63,238 nt of DNA, filler included, from Cercozoa sp. M6MM (GCA_040357565.1; 11 parts of 11 records of this genome joined end to end with filler, not necessarily neighbours in it); one strand, 5' to 3'; numbered from the whole stretch's first letter, positions 12,955-25,732 are shown. The notes: a model not told the origin generated them from the sequence alone. A program made the numbers and translations.

Positions 12955-14227
12955 CTACGACTGTTCAGTCATGGTATGAGCTCGCTGTGGATTTTTCTCG
13001 TCGGTCCCGCCTTCTTCGTCTTCGGCACGAGGCGCGACGAAGTCGCTTTTGGTGCGTCGGTGGGCGCGGCGCCGTCTTCCTGCGCTTTCGTCAGACCGAG
13101 AGCTCTCCTCACCGTCGCGCCGAGTGCGGGCACGCCAGGCCACTGCGCGCTCGCGAATGCGATCGAGCTGACGGCTTGCCAGTCCCTGGGGTACATCGTT
13201 GATTGGGCATGTAATAAAGAAGGTAAATTTATTTAGATAGTAATTTATGTTTTTGCTGTCATAGGAGCGACTCTTGTACATCTCGGAAGGCTTCCATAGC
13301 CAACTGACGCAAACGACGATGCCGACGACGAAGAGCGCCATGAAGCCGCTCGCCCTTCGCCTGGAGTTGCCTGGGGAGTGCGGGAAACAACGCATGGATA
13401 AACTGAGGGGAGAGAAGAATGTTGAACGACAAAGACTCGCACCTTTCCAACATGAGCATTTGTCGCGCTTGCTCTGCTTCGAGCATACTCTCCATCTCGA
13501 GGAGGTCCACCTCTTTCTCGCGAATCTCACGAAGTATGCGATGTTCTCGTTCACGGGGAGTCAGCACAATTGAAGCTTCATCAATAGGCTCGGCACTGTG
13601 CTGCCGCTCGATGTCTTGGACCAAACCGCTCGGTACTTTCCTTTGATGTGCTTTGTGTTGCAGACGCTTGTGCTGTTCGTACATCTCCCTGAAGAACTCG
13701 TTCTGTGCACATCAGCACCATCAACACACCGCACCGCCTTGTCAAAGCCACACAAGAAACGTACGAGTTCTTCGTCTTCGGTTGTGACGACTATTTGAGT
13801 GGCTTGGCGTTGAATATCTTCGACGCTGGCTGACGGTTCACTTTCGACTGTGTACGAACTTCTAGACAAAGCCGATCGAGACCTCGCAGGCTGCTCGGCT
13901 CCGAACACTGTCGACCCTGACTTTTCTTCCTCTTCGACTTCCGCTTCTTGTGCTACAGGACTTGGTGGTCCTTCTGGTGTGACGGATACCTGTGCAAGAA
14001 CCTGAACTTTCGTGCTGGGCTCGGTGATTTGCTCTGGTTTCTCTGAAGGGCCTCGCTCGCGCGCCGCCCGCTCCTTCTCTTCTCTCGTGCGCTTCGCGGT
14101 TTCTCTCCACCGTTCAGCAGCTGTACGTGGCGATGCTATGAGAAAGAACCAAGATACTAGCAAATTTGTTCCATACCCTCAGTTGCCAACTCGGCCGAAA
14201 TGCCTGCGGGTGGTCCTTGTCTTCCAT
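12955..14227 (-). CDS. hypothetical charged/coiled-coil protein (multi-exon)
   Basis: E/R/K-rich exons (REREHRILREIREKEVDLLEMESMLEAEQ) joined by GT-AG introns; final exon ends TEQS-TAG at 12955. The 5' exon structure is uncertain. Confidence 0.55.
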
Positions 14228-14377
14228 ACTTTCGCCAGTTTAAGTAAGTACCTGAAATTAAAGTTGCTTCGAGCTGTATTCCATCAGTCAAGAGCTACAG
14301 TACTTTTCAAAGCGTGCAAAAGCGGAAAGAAGATAGAAGCAATGGCCGTTCCTAACCAAACCAACACACACCGCGTA

Positions 14378-14423
<46 letters not shown>

Positions 14424-14523
14424 NNNNNNNNNNNNNNNNNNNNNNNNNNNNNNNNNNNNNNNNNNNNTTAATTAATTAANNNNNNNNNNNNNNNNNNNNN
14501 NNNNNNNNNNNNNNNNNNNNNNN
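14424..14523. other. artificial contig-joining linker N44-TTAATTAATTAA-N44 (also at 18331, 25251, 32896, 36455, 46071, 50782, 54792, 60176, 62021)
   Basis: Identical 100-nt spacer with stops in all six frames, repeated ten times; genes are truncated at these points. Confidence 0.98.
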
Positions 14524-14565
14524 GGGGGGGGGAACATGGGGTAAACGGGGGGGGGGGTAAACTAC

Positions 14566-15504
14566 CATAGTTGATCGACGGCCGACTGGGACGTCGCGGA
14601 GGCAAACGGTCCTCCTCGCCCGCCGCTGCCGCCGCTGCTTCGTCCTCTGCACCAGGGGGGGGGGGGGTAAAAGGCAGTGAGAGGTAATGGAACTAACAAG
14701 CGCGCAAAGGCACAGTACCCATCTGCTGCAGCGATAAACGATTGCTTCGATGACGCCGGTCGAACACGGACTAAATGGGGAGGGGTAAAGAGGGTTAAGG
14801 GAGAGGTTAGGGGGAAATTAAGGGGGAGGTTAAAGGGAAGGTTAAAGGGGAGGTTAAAGGGGAGGTTAAGGGGGAGTCAAGCCCACCTCGCCCATCTGCC
14901 AGCGATTGCGACGACGTTCTGAATCCGGCGCCACGAAGCGCTCGTACAGCATGCGTGCCACCTTGCGTCTGACCAAAGTGGGCAGGGGGGGTAAAGGAGC
15001 AGGGGGATAAATGGGGCAAAGGACATGGAAGAAATCAAAGAGGAGGCAAAGGGGGTAAAGGGGTAAAACCTTGTTGAGGCGTCGCGAATGTTTTTGAAAA
15101 GTTCGACATCGGAGATGAAAACGGCGTTGTCGACGGCGTAGTCGGCCTGCAGAAAGTTCTTCAGCAGGTAGTATCCGATCGGCTCGTGGAACACGGCGTG
15201 GAATGTCAGTCGGTCTGCGTGTACAGTGCAATCCCAGTTTGGAGAAACGGCCCAGTCAGCAAAAAGTGACAAAATAAACAATAAAAAACAAATACGTTGC
15301 TCGCGCAGCTGTTCCTCGAAATCCTTGAGTTCCGCGTAAGCCTGCAGTCGCTTGAGCAGCTCGAGATTCGGGCCATTCTGTCAGATCAAGACACAAGGCA
15401 TACAAGCTTTGTTTGCTCCCTTTGCTCAGATGGTCTACCTGCTCCTGCTTCACGGCTGTCAGGTACGCGCGGTTCTCCGCGATCTCAAGCAGGTCTTCGT
15501 ACAT
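14566..15504 (-). CDS. G protein-coupled receptor kinase-like protein, N-terminal helix + RGS-homology (RH) domain (3' truncated)
   Basis: MYEDLLEIAENRAYLTA resembles the GRK alpha-N helix (e.g. LEAVLADVSYLMA); LTFHAVFHEPIGYYLLKNFL..AVFISDVELFK..RKVARMLYERFV is an RGS/RH domain. The kinase domain is not in this contig. Confidence 0.6.
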
Positions 15505-15938
15505 CTGCTTGAGTCAAATCAGCACACGCCACACCAACGATCTCGCTTTCGCTGCTGTTTTCGTTCTGTGCTGCACACACTTTTTGTTGTGGCAACCTCA
15601 CCTCTGCAGCGGTGAGCACACTCGCCCCTGCCGTGACACAGGGTGAACTTAAGCACTCCTGGGCACAGGGCACGACAACAAACGGCCACCTGCAGCACAA
15701 AAAGCCGTCAGGCTGCAGACCCAAAAGCCGCCTGCGCCCAATAACGAACCGTCCGACATTCGTACATTCGGATCACTGGTCGACTTCTGAGCCGTTACAA
15801 TACACCATCTGACCGCGTCCACAAGCAACGCCGCTGCTGTGTAACAGGTTGTATGTCCTGCTCGTACAGTGCATAACAGTTGACAGACGATGTTGTACAA
15901 TTGTATTATGCAAACAACATTTTTCGCGTTTTTCTGCT

Positions 15939-17402
15939 TTAATTAATGGCGGCCGGTTGTGCGTCGTTGGGCGCCGCCTGCGCTGCCTCAGCCGCGTCAT
16001 CGTCGTCGTCTTGCTCCTCATCAAGTGGCGTGTACCACCTGAGAAAACAAGCAGAATGTACGGAGCATGGGGCTCGGAGAGAGCCGGGTACCAAGCGGCG
16101 TGGCACATCTGCTCGACCGGCTGCAGGAACTCGCTGCTGTGGCAGTACTTGGCGGCCAGGAAGATGTAGAGCGCAGCCATCAGGAGACAGGTCAGCGGCC
16201 ATTGCAGACAGCGACCGCGGAAGTACAGGTGCTAGGACAGACACACATGTACAGAGGATCAAGGTCAGGCGGGGGGGGGGTCACTCAACATACGGCAGTC
16301 GAGAAGAGAATGTTCGCCGCCCAAAATACGATGAACCAGCCCTGTTTCAGTTATTACTAGGCTAGCGTGGGCGAGGTAGGGTGAAGTAGGGTAGGACAGG
16401 GTAGGGTAGGGTAGGGTAGGGCAGGGTAGGGTAGGGCAGGGTAGGGTAGAGTAGGGAGTACCGAGTACCGTCGGCGCGGCCGAGGACGACGTCGCGTGTA
16501 CAGAGCAAAGTAGAGCGGCATGGCAGCCACGTGCCAAGTGACAATGCCCAGTGAGGCAATCGAACTCACCACGGGCGCACTCAGTTGGCCACACTTCTCA
16601 TGGTACACGGTTCCTCTGGGAAGTAAATGGGAAAAGGGCAATAGCGGGTAAACAGAGGGTAAAGCAGGAAAGCTAAAGTACCCTCCAGTGCCATAGGCAA
16701 GTGTGCGCAACTGAAGCAGCACAACATAGCCGAGTCCCCAGGCAGCTCCACATACTGTACAGACAGACTATACCCTCGTCCCACCCGACATATTCATTGC
16801 CTAGCATACATTGCCTCAAATACACTGCCTACCTAAAAGTGCAGGTAGATGATGCATCGGAAACAGCGCCTTAAAGTGCCGCGCCGCCCGAAATTTCAGC
16901 ATGAACATTGTCAGCTACAGAACAGGAATACAAGGTAATGAATGGAAATAAAGGGCGGTTCAAAACCTGTTGGAACACGAGCAGACGTGTGCTCTCCATG
17001 ATGAGTGCGCCAACACCTGGGGTATACACACTACTCTCAGCAGACACCAGGGGCAAAGGGGGCAAAAACAAAACGCACCAGCTACAAGCACCGAGTTGAA
17101 CGACGGCGACAAAAGCGCCGCCAGTGCCATCACCAAGGCACCCGACAGCAGGTAGGCCAGCAAGGCTCCCGACGCCACCTGCGAGCAAACAAGTTTCCAA
17201 AACACTACCACATTGCGTTTATCCAAAGGTAACGTTTATACCAGAAAGTACTGTGCTCGATGGCACCATGTCGCCAAAATGGCCTACATACAATCAAACA
17301 ACATCGCGAAAAACGTCGGCTTGCAAAAACGATTTTTCTGATTGGTACGACTGGCACGCTTAATGTCAGCAGCAACGTGCCTGACAACAGTAAACCTCCC
17401 AT
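15939..17402 (-). CDS. APH1: gamma-secretase subunit APH-1-like multipass membrane protein
   Basis: Hydrophobic exons MGGLLLSGTLLLTLSVP, VGALIMESTRLLVF (cf. QE..R) and GTVYHEKCGQLSAPVVSSIASLGIVTWHVAAMPLYFALY (cf. plant APH-1 ATFYVERC..LISAIIALAFVTIHTFSMVIAF), second conserved His in GLVH; TAA at 15939. Confidence 0.65.
16375..16450 (+). repeat. intronic (GGGTA)n tandem repeat, G-quadruplex-capable
   Basis: Visible tandem GGGTA/GGGCA units in an APH-1 intron (C-rich on the sense strand). Confidence 0.9.
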
Positions 17403-17574
17403 GACACTAGGACACCGTTGATTGCACAGATCAGTCGACCTGAATGTTATAGCATCGGCCCCTAAAACAATCTGCTCGAACTGAAGATGCACAGTACAGC
17501 AACAGTACAGCCACAGGTGTGTTTGAAAGCGTGATAATACAGTACGACTAGCTATAAAAAGGCTTAGACGTTCA

Positions 17575-18025
<451 letters not shown>

Positions 18026-18453
18026 CTGAGCTCAGACTGATACGTTGTGGTTCCCGGGATGTGCGCATGTCTTAGCGGCCGAATCCGGGGACAGAGACCT
18101 TATCGCTCTGGACAGAAACACGTCAGAATGCGAGGTTGCTCCTCTGTAGGCGGGGTTTGTTGTGGGTGGATTAACTGTTCGCGTACGACTGCAGAGAATG
18201 GCGGCTCAAACGCTGGCGCACTTCGAGGCCGCCCTCGCTGCGCTCGACTGCGACGTCACTCACTGACGCATTCTCAGATCGCGTTAACTGAATCCTTTGG
18301 TTTATTAGTTATGGGTCAAAAAAGTTAACANNNNNNNNNNNNNNNNNNNNNNNNNNNNNNNNNNNNNNNNNNNNTTAATTAATTAANNNNNNNNNNNNNN
18401 NNNNNNNNNNNNNNNNNNNNNNNNNNNNNNACAAAAAAACAAACACACACACA

Positions 18454-18599
<146 letters not shown>

Positions 18600-18647
18600 C
18601 AGGCGCAAGCAACAACGCAGGCAAGCAACAACGCAGGCAAGCAACAT

Positions 18648-18976
18648 ACGCCTCAAAGTTAATGATAGAGCTGTCACTGAGGTTGCGGACGATGAACCCG
18701 GCGTCCACCTTGATCTGCCGAGAAGAAACAATCGGAGGCCAGGGAGTCGCAAAAAGACACGTGTGGTACCGAAGGTTCAAAGTGAACCGTCGGAGGTGAC
18801 CTGTTTGTGGCACGCAGCAAACTTTATTTGCCACAACACACACAGAGAGGGGCCCACGTACATGAAGTCGCGAAGCAGACTACCGCCCGGGAAGGCGTCC
18901 GAGTACGGTGTCTCCGAGGCCTAGCGGTACACGCCAACATGGGAGATGCGCAGAAAGGTGAGAAAGGTGTGTGTGT

Positions 18977-19034
<58 letters not shown>

Positions 19035-19044
19035 NNNNNNNNNN

Positions 19045-19093
<49 letters not shown>

Positions 19094-21195
19094 CAACACA
19101 CCTGGCACTGCGCAACTTCAGTTATGCCCTGCTGCTGCGTACACAGCGCAAAGGCACCATTGAACTTGCCCGCCACGCTGTTGCTGCACGTCGATGTCGT
19201 GCTGACTTGGTTTCTACACGTACATAGAGACACGTCCACATACACACACATACACACACACATACACACACATACACATCACGACACAGAGGAGGAAACT
19301 AAAGAGGAAAGTAAGCCACATCGAAGACAGCGAGCAGAAGTTGAGCACGGCGATGCGATTGACCCTGAGGGATAGGTCGTTCACCGCCTCGAGTCTAGGC
19401 GCCGATATCTGGTGTTAACAGCACCAGAAACAGTGAAAACGCGAGTGTTGAAAGACAAGAGAATGACAAGAAAGAAAGGTAGAGTGTGCAGAAAGCAGAA
19501 TGTGGTGATAAGGTGAAAACACAGCAGTGGCAAAGATTCACTACTTTCCAAGCGCCCGATGTCGTACTTGTGCTCAAATCGAGTATCATTGAGTCGACCC
19601 AACGCAAACTGACCCCAAGGATATCAATCTGAATCAACTGAGGAACAAATGAAGGGTCTCGATACGCGGGAAACTCCAGAGTTGCGGAAGCCACTTCATT
19701 GGCATAGCTAGGTGGCACCTATGCAAACCGAGGTGTCGAGGAGATACTCACACGAGCAACAGTCTAAGACAGAGAGAGAACACACACTGACCGTGAGACT
19801 GTTTGTGAAAACGACGTTCTGCATGATATGGTTGGCCACGTCGGCCACCCTACGAGAGCATGAAAATCATAGGGATATAGGGATACTGGGGGGGGGTCGC
19901 TGCATCGCGAGGAAGGAAATACAAGTCCACGGAATCGCCTTGCGAATCGATGAGTTCGATCGAAATGGTGCGCATCACAGGCGCCAGCGGCAACTGCTGC
20001 GCCAGGTCGGCGGCGTCCGAACCGGTCGAGTCGACCCTCAGGGTGAATCTCTCGGTGATCATACTCGACGAAGGCAGGATCGGCTTGCCACTTTGCAATA
20101 CCAGGAATCAACGAGCAGGTACAACAAACTGCAGCCTCTGCCTAATGTACGGGATCAAGTGCCAGTTGTCAGCAACCACAGTCGACACAACGCGCAGATT
20201 TGGCAGGTGCAAGAACGAACCAGACCTGCGCACCTACAGAGAGCGGTGAGGGGGAGAATTAAAAAAAAATGCAGAGTGGGAAACAAAAAAGAAGGTTGTA
20301 CAGTCGTGGTGCCGAAAACACGTAGTGTCGAAACGACCTCGACGTGCGACAAGTCCATATCGATGTGTGAGTCGCCGTTGGCATGGAGATCTTTTATCAC
20401 ACGGAACGGCGGCATGTGCTCGACCGTCACATTGCCCGACTGGCTGTACACACGTACCAACTTATGAGGCTACCGCCTATTACGCTATCAATACACTTTG
20501 AGAGTTCGCAGCATTGACAGTGGACGCATGCCGTCACCGAAGAGAACGACAAGATCGCCCGTGTAGAAATCTGTCGGGGGGGGGGGCACCCAACTCGCAA
20601 ATTGTTAGCTAGTAAATACAAAAGCGGTGTACCAAACACCATTGAGGCGAGCGGACCGGTGAGTTGTCTGTGTACGTAGAAATAAATTCATCCATATCCA
20701 CACTGTATACTACAAAACCCTCCCCACTAAGATGAGAGACTGACAGCTCACGCAAGTCGGCCGTGCCAGCCGCGTCGAAAATCCTGTGGCAAGTAATACA
20801 GCACATAACGAAAAACACAAGTAAAAAATGAAAGCTACTGTACAGCTTTGCGTTCGTCGATTTGAATAGTCGCCCACGCAGCAGGTGCGAGTACGGCAGC
20901 GTCTCTGACAAGGCACTGTAGCAGCAAGCTCAAGCAAAAACGAACTGAAAGCACCTCCAATCGAAACAGTCCTCTTAAGCTCAATCACGTCGCACTCGTC
21001 GTAAGTGATATCCGTCAGAATCTTCTCAAACGCCATGTCGCTGTCCTACACAAACGTCGCCTTGGTCATAATGTCTCTTGACCATCGCACAGCGGATATT
21101 ACCACAGAACATGACGCATGCAGCGATGTCACTGCTGCTGCCAACAAGAACAACGACAGCCGCAGCAGCAGACACGACGAACGCGACGACAGCAT
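18648..21195 (-). CDS. hypothetical secreted/surface protein (multi-exon, 3' truncated)
   Basis: Signal-peptide-like MLSSRSSCLLLRLSLFLLAAAVTSLHA followed by many GT-AG-bounded beta-strand-rich exons; no recognised domain. Confidence 0.55.
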
Positions 21196-21405
21196 TGCCG
21201 CTCAGTGCACAAAAAGCCCTGCACAAGCAAGATCTGAAACTCGAATGACGTGCTCACCAAAGCATCAATAAGCTCTGCCTCAGACACCTGACAGTTGGCA
21301 GCAGCACGGGCTTGGTTTGATTATGATCGCGGCGAGGATTCCCAGATCAGAAATTAGTCCGGTCGGTCAGCCCAGTGCAGAGTTTGAAAAATAATAAACT
21401 TGAGA

Positions 21406-21655
21406 CTACCATAGTCCCCCGCGGCGACCCAGCCTGTGGTAGAGAAGTTGTAATTGCCGCACAAAGTTAGTATTTGGGCGAACGCAGGCGCGCTTGAGAC
21501 GCATGTAGTCCAGCACGCCGTTGACGCCGGTTTCTGGGTCATCTCCAGTGGCGCTTTGGGTCTGCTCGACTAGGTCAAGCTGATGACTCAAGATGTACGC
21601 AGCCACCACTGCCGCCGACCTTGAAGCTCCTGAAACATCATTGCAAACATATAGA

Positions 21656-21689
<34 letters not shown>

Positions 21690-23421
21690 TAATTGAATAC
21701 TTTACACTCGTATGGTACCAGCAGCACAGCACACGAGAACGTTGCCTCCAGCGTTGACTTCGGTTTCCATCAGCGACAGCAAGGAGGGCAGCGTCTGTTG
21801 AGAAAGCAAGCGTGCGAGACCATTCACTGCATCAGGCGTAAAGTTAATGTATCATTGGTACAGTCAGGAGGTCCTCGTCATCGGCATCGCGCAGTTTGTG
21901 GCACGTTGGGACCTACGCAGTCTCGTATCATCGATCCGATCTGCAAAGAATGACAGCAAGGAAGGGTGCCAACCTTGATGATGGGACCAAAGGAGTGCTC
22001 CTTGTGCCACGGGAGCGCGATGCGAGCCACTGGGAGAACCATCGTGATGCCACGTTCGAGCAGCGGCACGAGGTTCTGGACCGACTTGCGACCACCCAGC
22101 CAGACACCTGCTCAGACAGGACAGCACTCAACCTGACACGAGAAAAGGGGAGGACAGAAAAGCAGAAGCACCGGGAACAATCTCGGAAGCGTCGCAGAAC
22201 GTTGCCAACTTTCGTCTTGAGTTCATGAGTACCTTTGGAAGGGTGCTAATCAAGCCATTTATACCCAGTACATATGATGGTGTTTCCGAAGACACGTACT
22301 CATCAATGCCGATCGCCCTGGCGAGTGCCCGCAGCTGCAGCAGAAAGCCCGAGTTTGGCTGCACAGGTGATACAAAGATAAGAAAGCATACTTTTCAAGG
22401 GGGCACCCTACCCTGGCAACAGGACGCGCAGTGCGCACAGCAAGCAGCGCGTCTGACAGTGACATCGTGGACATATTGCCGTTGTTGTTGTTGTTGCTGT
22501 TGTTGTTCTTGTTGTTGTCGTCGCAATTGTAGCTGTTGTTGAAGTGATGCAGCAGCAGAAAGGCGACGCAGATGGTGGAAGAACGCGAGATGCCGGCGTT
22601 GCAGTGCACTAGCACTCCTGAGCCTGCAACAGCAAGTCTCGGAAAGCAGCATGGGTACACCGAAGGAGATGAGCTACCCTGGTCCAACGCACGATCGATC
22701 GCGGGATAGATTTGGTCCATCTCTGACCTGCCAGTCAGTGCAACAATAGCATATCGTATCATACATTATGAGGACAAGAAAGCATTGAAAGCATTGATAC
22801 AAAAGGTCCTGACTGGGCGTGTCACACACGTTGACACTCAGGTACTCGATGGCGTCCTCTCGGAAGAAGCATGGGACCACGTGGGGTGCAGCGTTAACCA
22901 CTACAAGGAGAGAACATCATTTCTCGCCTTAATTTAATCAATTTTATTGCGAAAAAACCGAGAGAAACGTCATGTTGTTTCAGGACTTGGAGTGAGCGTG
23001 CAACGTCTTGTGACCCGATCAGCAGCCGACCCGTCCTTCCGCTCACTTCAATCACTCCTGGCACCTGTCACAGTTGATAAAAGAGACAGGAAATCTGAGC
23101 TTGCACATTACTGAAACGAAAGGCTTTTTGAGTATCCTCTTACATCATCCGGCGAGTCGTCAACGACCATAAACACACTGCCGTCCGACGTCTCGTCGTT
23201 GCTCACATGCGAGCCATCCTCAAAGCACAGCTTGCCATCACTGCCACATCAGTGCAATACAGGCAATCCAAGACGGACAAGTCAAACTTACGCACGTCGT
23301 ATGCGCGTCACTCTAACCACAATCTCTGTTTCCACAAGAACCTCAATTAAAGGAGAAGGCACGTGCACCTATGCTGGAGTTTCGAAGAATCAAAAGCAGT
23401 GAGCTCCTGCAGGAACGACAT
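21406..23421 (-). CDS. DUSP19: DUSP19-like dual-specificity phosphatase with a second C-terminal DSP domain
   Basis: N-terminus MSFLQELTAFDSSKL, LLIGSQDVA, VLVHCNAGISRSSTI, ARP..PNSGFLLQL (DUSP19-like). Second domain NVLVCCAAG|ASRSAAVVAAYI..KRACVRPNTNFVRQL; TAG at 21406. Confidence 0.75.
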
Positions 23422-23681
23422 CGGGCGTAGTAGCACACAGCTGCGTAAGTTGAATAGTTTAAACTTCGGGGAACTTTTTGGAGTGACGGTACCATGAACA
23501 AAAATAAAACTGTAGCCATCACCTTTCCAATCGAACTTAGAGGTGCTGAGATAGCTCGGCTTGGGTCTTGACGTTGCTCGCACTTCCCGTAGATTTTTTT
23601 TATTGACTGTTTACGGTGATACGCACGAATATTCCCTTCTGTGCGAACTGTGTATGTAGTATGGCGAACTGTGTATGTAGT

Positions 23682-25150
23682 ATGGGCAACAAAAAGAAGG
23701 TCGCCCTGACGGACGCGGAGCATGCCGAAGCGCACACGCGCGCCGTGGCCGAAATCGTGGCCGAGATGGTAGGTTGTACATGTGTCCTGTCGAACAGCAG
23801 TGTGCGCATGCCGGGTGCTTGTGCAGGTGCGATGTGTCAAGTGCAAGAAGCGACTCAACATGCGCAAACTGAAGAACGAAGCCGCGCGACGTAACGGACT
23901 GGAACGCATGCCAAAAGTACTTTTTCTTTATTTCTTGCCTTTTTCTGTATTTTATGCTGTACTGACCGCGGCTTTTCCTCACGCAGATTGTGGACATTAT
24001 CGCCGCCATTCCGCCGCAGCACAAGAAACTCCTGCTACCATACGTGCGTGCCAAACCGGTACTGTTTTCTGAGAGTTGAGTGGGCGACGGTTTGGTATAA
24101 ACTGTGTTTGTTAAAGGTGCGTTCGGCCAGTGGAATCGCCGTGGTGGCCGTGATGTCCAAGCCGCACCGGTGTCCGCACATTGCCACCACGGGCAACGTG
24201 TGCGTCTACTGTCCCGGCGGTACTTCTGTTTTGACCTGCCTCTCGGTTTTAATTAAGGCTGTGCTGACTGTACTCTGTGTTTTTAAGGTCCCGACAGTGA
24301 CTTTGAGTACTCGACGCAGTCCTACACTGGTGACTTTCTTTGGTTACCCCTCCCCCCTTGTGTGTTGCTTTATACCCCCCCCCCCCAGGCTACGAGCCAA
24401 CCAGTATGCGAGCGATTCGGAATCGATACCAGCCGTACCAACAGGCCAGGCACCGACTCGAGCAGTTGCAGAAACTGGTAGCACTAGCATGTGTATATAT
24501 ACTTATGTGTGTTAATACCTTTGTGTGTTATGCAGGGTCATAGTACCGACAAGGTCGAGTACATCATCATGGGCGGTATCATTACTTGTGTGTTTACCCC
24601 CACCCCACCCCCTTTACCCCCACCCCCTTCACCCCACCCCGTTACCCCCTCCCTCCTGTAGGCACGTTCATGTCGCTGCCTGCCGAGTACCGCGACTGGT
24701 TCGTGGCGCAGCTGCACGACGCTCTCTCTGGCGCACGCTCTGGCCGAGGTACCTATGTCCGTATGTACCTATGTCCGTCTGTACCTATGCCTCTCTGTCT
24801 ATGTCCGTCTGTACCTATGTCCGGATGTACCAATGTCCGTATGTACCGATGGTGTGTGCAGATGTGGACGCAGCCGTTGCAGCAGGCGAGCAGTCGTCGC
24901 AGAAGTGTGTCGCCATCACTATTGGTACCTTGTGTATTGGTACATGTGGACTGGGCTGTGGGATTGGTCTGGACTGGACTGGACTGGACTGGACTGGGAC
25001 TGTGGAACTGTACCCGCGCAGAGACACGGCCGGACTTTTGTCAGCAGAAGCACCTGGACCAGCTGCTGCGGTACGGCTGCACGCGCCTCGAGATCGGCGT
25101 GCAGTCCGTCTACGAGGACGTGGCACGCGACACCAACCGCGGTCACTCGG
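23682..25150 (+). CDS. ELP3: Elongator complex protein 3 (radical SAM/KAT), 3' truncated
   Basis: [105 protein letters not shown]. Confidence 0.97.
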
Positions 25151-25182
25151 GTACTACCTCAGTGCCTCAGTACCTACTACCT

Positions 25183-25250
<68 letters not shown>

Positions 25251-25350
25251 NNNNNNNNNNNNNNNNNNNNNNNNNNNNNNNNNNNNNNNNNNNNTTAATT
25301 AATTAANNNNNNNNNNNNNNNNNNNNNNNNNNNNNNNNNNNNNNNNNNNN

Positions 25351-25397
<47 letters not shown>

Positions 25398-25399
<2 letters not shown>

Positions 25400-25700
25400 G
25401 TTTCTGCTGGCCAAAGCCAAAGCCGCCACCTGTGGCACCGAACCTGCGCAAGTTAAGGGAGAGATGGTACAGAGGTGCGCACACGGGGTGACCCCAACAC
25501 GTACGCGCGGACGTACCCTGTGGTGCCGGTGCCTTGCTGTTGAGTGCCAAAACCGAAACCACCAGTTTGACCTTGCTGCATACATATGAGCATATATACA
25601 TACATAAACATATAGACATATACATACATATAGAGAAACACAATTACCTTCTGCTGCGTGCCGAAACCAAAGCCACCGCCCGTGGTACCTGTAGTGCCTA

Positions 25701-25732
<32 letters not shown>

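Noticed and set aside
14424-14523. Recurrent TTAATTAATTAA palindrome flanked by Ns, as a biological repeat
   Set aside because: Identical 100-nt six-frame-stop linker used to concatenate contigs; an assembly artefact.
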